DNA of 64,000 nucleotides from an uncultured Bdellovibrio sp. (GTDB taxonomy: Bacteria; Bdellovibrionota; Bdellovibrionia; Bdellovibrionales; Bdellovibrionaceae). Where the stretch lies: positions 48,019 to 112,018 of the forward strand of contig CAWVRN010000012.1 of assembly GCA_963932905.1 (NCBI GenBank), written 5' to 3'. Positions 57,537-64,000 of the stretch are shown here, piece by piece. Within the stretch, counting starts at the first letter, position 1. The number at the start of each line of letters is the position of its first letter. The notes under the pieces are model-generated. The model saw nothing but the letters and a program-made list of their open reading frames with translations, did not search any database and had not been told where the DNA came from. A program made the position numbers and the translations under genes.

Positions 57537-58298
57537 ATGTCTATTAAACCGCTTTCTTTAGAAGAACAGAAGAAAATGCGACTAGTTTGCAAGCTAGCAG
57601 CGCAAACTCGAGAGTACATTGCTCCTTTTGTTAAAGCGGGCATTACCTTACGTGAAATTGATAAAATCATTTATGATCACACTAAAACTTTAGGGTGTGA
57701 ACCCGCTACGTTGGGTTATCGTGGGTATCCGGCATCTTGCTGTACCAGTGTAAACGATGTCATATGTCACGGAGTACCCGACGATTACGTACTTCAAGAT
57801 GGCGACATTGTGAATGTCGATATCACTCACAAACTAGAAGGCTTTTTTGGCGATACGTCTGAAACTTTTCTAATCGGAAATGTATCCGAAGACGCAAAAA
57901 AAATCGTAGATATTGCGAAACGGGCTATGGAAGTTGGTATTGAAGCGATAACTCCCCATGGCCACACGGGTGATATCGGTTTTGAAATTAATAAGTTTGC
58001 AACTCGAAATGGTTGTTCAACAGTGAAGGAAATCGGCGGGCACGGAATTGGTCGTGTGTTTCATACAGAACCGTTCATCCCTTCGTTTGGTAAAAAAGGT
58101 AAAGGCGAGAAATTGATTCCTTTTCATTGCTTCACTGTGGAGCCAATGGTGAACTTGGGAACGGATCAGATTGTTGAATTTCCAATCGTTGGATCTCAAC
58201 ATCATTATTACAAAACTAAAGATAAAAAACTGTCGGCACAATTTGAACACACAATTTTGCTCACAGATACAGGTTATGAAATTTTAACGGTTCCATAG
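57537..58298 (+). CDS. map: Type I methionine aminopeptidase
   Basis: CTSVN..ICHG.P, D, GD.S, GHGIG..FH.EP, TVEPM, SAQFEHT. Confidence 0.96.
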   Translation: MSIKPLSLEEQKKMRLVCKLAAQTREYIAPFVKAGITLREIDKIIYDHTKTLGCEPATLGYRGYPASCCTSVNDVICHGVPDDYVLQDGDIVNVDITHKLEGFFGDTSETFLIGNVSEDAKKIVDIAKRAMEVGIEAITPHGHTGDIGFEINKFATRNGCSTVKEIGGHGIGRVFHTEPFIPSFGKKGKGEKLIPFHCFTVEPMVNLGTDQIVEFPIVGSQHHYYKTKDKKLSAQFEHTILLTDTGYEILTVP

Positions 58299-58316
58299 GA
58301 ACCTAGGAGAAAATAC

Positions 58317-59723
58317 ATGGCATCTATTCAGGCAGCGGGACGTACTCACGCTAAAACAAAAATGAAACCGACTAAAGGTTCTTACGATAAACAGACTCAC
58401 TCTGTAGACTATAAGGTGTGTCGTGAAGCGATGGAGAACCCTGACGTATTTGAAAAAATGGCTTTATGGGGCCGTGAAGAAATCAAGATTGCTGAAACTG
58501 AAATGCCAGGCTTAATGGCTCTTAGAAAAGAATTCGGAAAACAACAACCACTTAAAGGTGCACGTGTAACTGGTTCTCTTCATATGACAATCCAAACAGC
58601 GGTATTGATTGAAACTTTGATCGCTTTAGGAGCTAAAGTTCGTTGGTCGTCTTGTAATATTTTCTCGACTCAAGATCACGCTGCTGTGGCGATGGCAGCA
58701 GCCGGTGTTCCTGTATTTGCTTGGAAGGGCGAAACAGAAGCGGAATATAACTGGTGTATCGAACAAACTATCACTGGCTGGGGATCAGAAGGTTACAACA
58801 TGATCCTTGACGATGGTGGTGACTTAACAAACATGATGCATGAGCCGCGTTTTGCAAAAGAACTTAAAAAAATCATCGGTGTTTCTGAAGAAACAACAAC
58901 AGGTGTTCATAATTTAGAAAAAATGTTGGCTAAAGGGTTACTGAAAATTCCTGCGATCAACGTAAACGATTCAGTAACTAAATCTAAATTCGATAATTTG
59001 TACGGTTGCCGTGAATCACTATCTGACGGTATCAAACGCGCAACGGACACAATGGTGGCTGGTAAAACAGTAGTGGTTGCTGGTTACGGAGACGTAGGTA
59101 AAGGTTCTGCCAATTCACTTCGTGGATTTGGCGCGCGCGTATTAGTAACTGAAATCGATCCGATCTGCGCTCTACAAGCAGCGATGGAAGGTTTCGAAGT
59201 TACGACTATGGAAGAGGCGTGTGCAACGGCTGATATTTTTGTAACGGCGACAGGCTGCTGCGATATCATTACTGAAAAACATTTTAACAAAATGAAAAAC
59301 AACGCGATCGTTTGTAACATCGGTCACTTCGATATTGAAATCGATATGCCATGGTTAAACAAGAATTCGAAAATTCGCGAAATTAAACCTCAAGTTGATA
59401 TCCATACGTTAAAAAATGGTCGTCAAATCATCGTATTGGCAAAAGGTCGTTTAGTGAATCTAGGCTGCGCTACTGGTCATCCGAGTTTCGTGATGAGTAA
59501 CTCATTCACGAATCAAGTGCTGGCTCAAATCGAGCTTTTCACTAACCGTGATAAATATCAAGAAATCGGCGTCTACCGGTTACCAAAACACTTAGATGAA
59601 AAAGTAGCGGCTCTGCATTTAGACAAACTAGGTGTTAAGTTGACTAAACTTAGCACTCGTCAATCTAAATACTTAGGTATGAATGCTGAAGGTCCGTTTA
59701 AACCAGAACACTACCGTTACTAA
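58317..59723 (+). CDS. ahcY: Adenosylhomocysteinase
   Basis: [62 protein letters not shown]. Confidence 0.98.
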   Translation: MASIQAAGRTHAKTKMKPTKGSYDKQTHSVDYKVCREAMENPDVFEKMALWGREEIKIAETEMPGLMALRKEFGKQQPLKGARVTGSLHMTIQTAVLIETLIALGAKVRWSSCNIFSTQDHAAVAMAAAGVPVFAWKGETEAEYNWCIEQTITGWGSEGYNMILDDGGDLTNMMHEPRFAKELKKIIGVSEETTTGVHNLEKMLAKGLLKIPAINVNDSVTKSKFDNLYGCRESLSDGIKRATDTMVAGKTVVVAGYGDVGKGSANSLRGFGARVLVTEIDPICALQAAMEGFEVTTMEEACATADIFVTATGCCDIITEKHFNKMKNNAIVCNIGHFDIEIDMPWLNKNSKIREIKPQVDIHTLKNGRQIIVLAKGRLVNLGCATGHPSFVMSNSFTNQVLAQIELFTNRDKYQEIGVYRLPKHLDEKVAALHLDKLGVKLTKLSTRQSKYLGMNAEGPFKPEHYRY

Positions 59724-59747
59724 TTTTCCGCTGATATAGCAGAATTG

Positions 59748-59777
59748 AAAAAGCCGCATTTAATATGCGGCTTTTTT
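59748..59777. terminator. Bidirectional intrinsic terminator
   Basis: aaaaagccgcat-ttaat-atgcggctttttt between convergent ahcY and orn. Confidence 0.88.
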
Positions 59778-59842
59778 CGTTTGTAGACCGGTGATATTTT
59801 TAGTCATTTGGTTGGGTTTGGTTTTAAATTTCTTTTTTTTAA

Positions 59843-60364
59843 CTAAAGCTTTGCGTGGCCCAGGTAGAATTTTAATTCGGCGATACTTTCGCGGATATCA
59901 TCAAGTGCCCGGTGTTTGTTTTGTTTTTCGAATTTGATGTTTCGCATATTGAAGATGATTTTCCATGAAGTCACATCGAGCATTCTGTAGTGCAGAAGTT
60001 GTGAGAAATCAGGAAGACCTTTATTGATGAATAGACGATCTTGTCCGATGGAATTTCCGGCTAAGATGGGTTTGTCTTTTTTATCAGGGAAAAACTCGGT
60101 TACTAATTGGATTAAATCCGATTGTACGTCTGAAGGATCTTTTCCTGTAGGAACTTTGGCTGTTAATCCTGATTCACCGTGATGTTTTGTGTTCCATTCA
60201 TCCATTCGATCTAAATAGATTTGTGGTTGTTTCACTACGGTTTCATACGTCGCTAGTTCTTTGAAATTGGAATCAGTGATGATAGCAGCGGCCTCGATGA
60301 TAACTTCTGTTTCAACGTTGAGACCGGTCATTTCTAAATCAATCCAAAATAGATTTGAAGACAT
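59843..60364 (-). CDS. orn: Oligoribonuclease
   Basis: WIDLEMTGL, H..SGL, GNS..QDR.F, HYR.LDV.S, HRALDDIRESI.EL. Confidence 0.96.
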   Translation of the reverse strand: MSSNLFWIDLEMTGLNVETEVIIEAAAIITDSNFKELATYETVVKQPQIYLDRMDEWNTKHHGESGLTAKVPTGKDPSDVQSDLIQLVTEFFPDKKDKPILAGNSIGQDRLFINKGLPDFSQLLHYRMLDVTSWKIIFNMRNIKFEKQNKHRALDDIRESIAELKFYLGHAKL

Positions 60365-60693
60365 TACTTGTGATTTGCTTTTGTAGTTGTTGCAGTCGCT
60401 GCTTTTGCATCGTCCAATTTTGTTGCTTTAGCGATTTTGTAATCTTCTTTGTTCTTCTTATTTAAATCATCAAGCGCTTTCGTGATGGCGGCTTGATCTA
60501 ACGTTTTTCCTTCTTCCGCAGTTAGTTTCATTGAACCGATTTCAACTTCGCATGTTTTGATTCCAGGAAGTCCGCATACCGCTGACTTAATCATGTTTTT
60601 GCAGCCCGAGCAGCTCATGCCTTCGATTGTGTATTGGTAAGTGTCGGCCATGGCTGATAAACCGAAGAAAGATAGAATAACTAATAATTTCAT
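60364..60693 (-). CDS. Exported heavy-metal-associated (HMA, MerP/CopZ-like) protein
   Basis: Signal peptide (AMA) then IEGMSCSGC. Confidence 0.85.
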   Translation of the reverse strand: MKLLVILSFFGLSAMADTYQYTIEGMSCSGCKNMIKSAVCGLPGIKTCEVEIGSMKLTAEEGKTLDQAAITKALDDLNKKNKEDYKIAKATKLDDAKAATATTTKANHK

Positions 60694-60750
60694 AATTTTG
60701 TCCTTTTGCTTTGCAAATTTAAGTCTAGGCCTACCAGGGCGCTGTCGTCA

Positions 60751-61671
60751 TTATTTTTTTATCGTACCGATGATAAGGCCGCTAAAAATCAAACCGCCGC
60801 CTATAAGCATTAGCGTGGTCATAGGTTCTTGAAATAAAAAGTAGCCAAATACAGATGCAGAAACGGCATGGATACCATCGAATAGGGCCAGCTTATGGCC
60901 ATCTAGATAGCTTAATAACCAATAGAGAACAGCATAACACAATACACAAGCAACGATCGCAACGAATAAAGCTGCTAGTAACCCGCGCCCGGTCAATTGG
61001 TGAAATTGATCGGCCTGGCCAAAATAGGTTGCTTGTAGCAGCCAAAATATCGCCGCAGCGGCAATTTGGGCGACTCCCAAATATTGGGCAATTGGCATCT
61101 TAGCTTTAAAGCGTTTCGAGAAAACAAAAACAATCGCTTCCATAGTGTATCCAGCAAGGACCGACAACGCACTATAACCGGCAATCTGCAGCGTAGAGAC
61201 TTGATACTTCCCCATCACCAACAGTACCAGTCCGCTCACGCATAAAGGTAGGGCGATGTAAAACCAACGATTAGGTCGTTCTTTTAAAATCAAAATAGAA
61301 ACAGTCGATATGACAACAGGCCCAAGTGCGCTCAGCAGCGCGAAATTAGAAACGCCACCAATTTTTAATCCATATAGAGTTCCTAAGGACGCCAGGCCAT
61401 ATCCCAATAGCCCTAAACCGCCGACGCAGAGGAAATCTGTTTTGGAAATTCTCACCCAACTTTTTGTTAAGGTAAGATACATTACAAAAATAAAACCGGA
61501 TAGTGTCCACCGCAAGGCTACATAGAGTTCAACTGGAATTTCCTCGATCACCATTTTCGAAGCGCTGGGAACAAGTCCCCATGTAATTTGCAAAAATACC
61601 GCGATGATCAATAGGGTATTGATCGAAAACGGGGCTTTGTTTGCGTTTAGGGATTCAGAGGACGAAGTCAT
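60751..61671 (-). CDS. DMT/EamA family transporter
   Basis: About 10 TM segments in two repeats, WG, LRW, LKER, FQEP. Confidence 0.88.
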   Translation of the reverse strand: MTSSSESLNANKAPFSINTLLIIAVFLQITWGLVPSASKMVIEEIPVELYVALRWTLSGFIFVMYLTLTKSWVRISKTDFLCVGGLGLLGYGLASLGTLYGLKIGGVSNFALLSALGPVVISTVSILILKERPNRWFYIALPLCVSGLVLLVMGKYQVSTLQIAGYSALSVLAGYTMEAIVFVFSKRFKAKMPIAQYLGVAQIAAAAIFWLLQATYFGQADQFHQLTGRGLLAALFVAIVACVLCYAVLYWLLSYLDGHKLALFDGIHAVSASVFGYFLFQEPMTTLMLIGGGLIFSGLIIGTIKK

Positions 61672-61833
61672 TTGAAAAGCGTAGTCAGAAATCTAGCACC
61701 AATCAAGCCAATTGGAATTTAACGCGTAACCAGTCCAGAACCCTCGGCTAGCGACGTAAATTGTCAGATAGGTGTCGCTTTCTCTACAGAGGCATTTTCT
61801 TTGTAGTTCATCTACACTAGTAGAAATGTTCTT

Positions 61834-63963
61834 TTGTTAAAAGCGAGGCCAGGCTTGAGTAAATCTTTAATTTCTCTTTTGTTGGTAATTGGATTTCAGT
61901 ATGACTCCTACGCAGCGGGTGAAAATTCATGTCGATGGTTCTATCTTTTCAATCGCGCGTGGTTATCAAAGCAAACGGCCAATGTTCGCGACTACGTTAA
62001 AAATAGCAGACAAGAAAAAGACATTGAAGAGATTTTATTAAAAACAAATCAAGACCCGCGTGATATTGCCATGGCATTAGAAACCGAAACATTTACGATT
62101 CGGGTTGTTGATCAAGGTTTAGCGCCGCATACGCCTGTCGAGGTGATCATGACAGATAAGGCAACGAAAAAAGAAGTCGTGCTTCTGTCGTCACTAAAGC
62201 TAGAAGAACTTCGATTGAAAGAGAACGAGAAACGCGACGTCTATGGACAGGTAGTGCAAAACTATTTGAATGACAACACGGTACTGCCAGTGGGGATTCA
62301 GTTAAGTCCTCTACGCGATATCTTGTTAGTGAAGGTGTCGTCAGCGGGCAGCATCGATGGTCACACATTGGTAGTGATCGATGTAAATACTAAAAAGATC
62401 ATTCAAGAAATTAAAAATGCAGGTTCTAGCGATGCCGTTTGGATTTCACCGAATCAATTTACATTTAGAACTCATGAAGTTGGTATTCCAACATTCTTAG
62501 CCACCCTCAATGATGGCAAAGTCAAAGTTGAGCCAAACAAGCTGGGTCGTTTTAACAGCAGTAATGATCAACAGTGGATATTCTATCGAGCGGGAACAGT
62601 AACGGAAGGCATGGTTCTGCAAAGCACAGTAACGGGTCAAAAAACGCGATTGCCGGATATGTCTATTGAAGAAATATTAGCCGTTGAACATGACACTCAA
62701 AATGTGTGGATTAAAACAGATGGTGAGAATGGTTTTAAAACACTCGAAAAAGTTTCTATTTTGCCTGGTGAGACACGAAGGACGACGATTTTACCAGAAG
62801 GTAAAACAGTGATTGAAGATATTAGCGTCGAGAAAGATCACATTCAGTATAATAGTTATCTTGGTAAAGATCGTTGGGTAACATTCACCGACCTAAATGG
62901 AAAACAATTAGCTCAAATTCAAGCTCCTGATTGCTGTGCCATCGGCAAGGCAACCTACAATGCCGAATCGAAAACGATCAATGTTGTGCTGCAGTCGCCG
63001 GTTAAGCGTCGGATGAACTGGATTTATGATGTTCGTACAAAAGAATGGACAATGGAAGACGCAAACAAGGCTAAAACGAAGGGCATTCCGAATGACATCA
63101 TGATGGTCGAAGCGGGCGAACGATTTGTGACTCGTTATGATGTGTATCGAAGTAAAGACGGTACACTGATTCCCATCCGCATCACGTACAAAGGCGGTAC
63201 AGAGAAAAATAAAAATGCACCTGCGTTGATGGAAGCCTACGGCGGTTTCGCTTTGAATAACTATTTCCATCCTCAGTACGAACGAATGACTCATGAATTT
63301 ATCCGGGCCGGTGGCGTGCATATTACGCCAGCCGTGCGTGGGAGTTATTATTTTGGTGAAACATGGCATGAGCAAGGTCGCGGTTTGAAAAAGCAAAACG
63401 TAGTGGATGATTTTATTGCGGCCGCAGAGTGGGCGATTGTTAATGGGGTTACCTCACCAAAATTCTTAGCCATCTCGGGTGCTTCGCATGGAGGTTTATT
63501 AGTGGGAGCGGCAATTACTCAGCGCCCGGATTTGTTTGGCTTGGCATTCCCGCAATACGGTCCACATGCATTTCACGATAAACCAATTCTGGATCCCATA
63601 TCAACGCCATTGCAAAAACAGGAATATGCAGACTTAATTAACGATCCCGTGGCGCAAGCCAATGCAAGAACAATTTCACCTGTGTTAAGAGCCATTAGAC
63701 AAGTCTATCCAATGACCGTTGTTATTACAGGTCGTCGCGATTCACGTGTTAATCCGATTCATTCGTATGAGTTTTACGATACGCTAACCCGTAACCAAAC
63801 GGGCGATCAGCCGATCATGTTGTACACCCAAAATAATTCAGGCCACTGGATGACCAGTATCCCACGCCAAGATTTCTTGGGTTGGCGTTCACGTGCCGTG
63901 TTCTGGTCTGTATTGTTTAAATATATGGATTTAAATATTGTTAAATATGAACTGGCCCCTTAG
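61834..63963 (+). CDS. Exported prolyl oligopeptidase family (S9A) serine peptidase
   Basis: SKDGT.IP, YGGF, VRG...GE.WH..G, GASHGG, QRPDLF, D.RV.P.HS, SGH. Confidence 0.92.
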   Translation: MLKARPGLSKSLISLLLVIGFQYDSYAAGENSCRWFYLFNRAWLSKQTANVRDYVKNSRQEKDIEEILLKTNQDPRDIAMALETETFTIRVVDQGLAPHTPVEVIMTDKATKKEVVLLSSLKLEELRLKENEKRDVYGQVVQNYLNDNTVLPVGIQLSPLRDILLVKVSSAGSIDGHTLVVIDVNTKKIIQEIKNAGSSDAVWISPNQFTFRTHEVGIPTFLATLNDGKVKVEPNKLGRFNSSNDQQWIFYRAGTVTEGMVLQSTVTGQKTRLPDMSIEEILAVEHDTQNVWIKTDGENGFKTLEKVSILPGETRRTTILPEGKTVIEDISVEKDHIQYNSYLGKDRWVTFTDLNGKQLAQIQAPDCCAIGKATYNAESKTINVVLQSPVKRRMNWIYDVRTKEWTMEDANKAKTKGIPNDIMMVEAGERFVTRYDVYRSKDGTLIPIRITYKGGTEKNKNAPALMEAYGGFALNNYFHPQYERMTHEFIRAGGVHITPAVRGSYYFGETWHEQGRGLKKQNVVDDFIAAAEWAIVNGVTSPKFLAISGASHGGLLVGAAITQRPDLFGLAFPQYGPHAFHDKPILDPISTPLQKQEYADLINDPVAQANARTISPVLRAIRQVYPMTVVITGRRDSRVNPIHSYEFYDTLTRNQTGDQPIMLYTQNNSGHWMTSIPRQDFLGWRSRAVFWSVLFKYMDLNIVKYELAP

Positions 63964-64000
63964 CCTGCGGCTAAGGCCAATTAAGATATCGTCAAATCAA

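Noticed and set aside
29042..63396. Numerous 60-160-aa antisense or nested ORFs in the track (inside recG, TonB genes, gltX, cysS, ettA, ahcY and the S9 peptidase)
   Set aside because: Shadow ORFs of well-supported genes with no independent signals.
1..64000. CRISPR array, rRNA, tRNA, prophage or defence island
   Set aside because: No regularly spaced repeats, tRNA arms, rRNA signatures, or phage/defence genes recognised by eye.

Overview
Ordinary chromosomal segment of an AT-leaning bacterium. Gene content points to a predatory Bdellovibrionota member (inference): many exported hydrolases, an FQNC-type lipoprotein signal, CarD, an HD-GYP protein and class I FBP aldolase. Core genes include recG, gltX, cysS, ettA, map, ahcY, orn, carD, tcdA, tatD, fbaB, NfuA-like and RluA-like genes, interleaved with many exported or lipoprotein genes. 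No rRNA, tRNA, CRISPR array or prophage was seen. The standout locus is a tightly coupled minus-strand operon (30157-35761). It encodes a 974-aa cytochrome P450 with a signal peptide and a duplicated Cys-containing C-terminal domain, a DUF1304 membrane protein, and an exported RoxA/MauG-like di-heme cytochrome c, with no ferredoxin or reductase nearby. It lies just downstream of an ExbB-ExbD-TonB-TBDR-lipoprotein-protease operon. Other notable items: an HUH/Y1 (RAYT-like) transposase with perfect 25-bp inverted repeats; a recurring intergenic TGTC-N9-GACA palindrome; many apparently leaderless genes; an RxxN-type (cGAMP-selective-like) HD-GYP phosphodiesterase; an exported PI4K/HipA-like kinase; a bacterial (6-4)-type photolyase lacking Fe-S ligands; and several unannotated small ORFs and gene remnants. 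All calls come from motif reading only; no searches were run.
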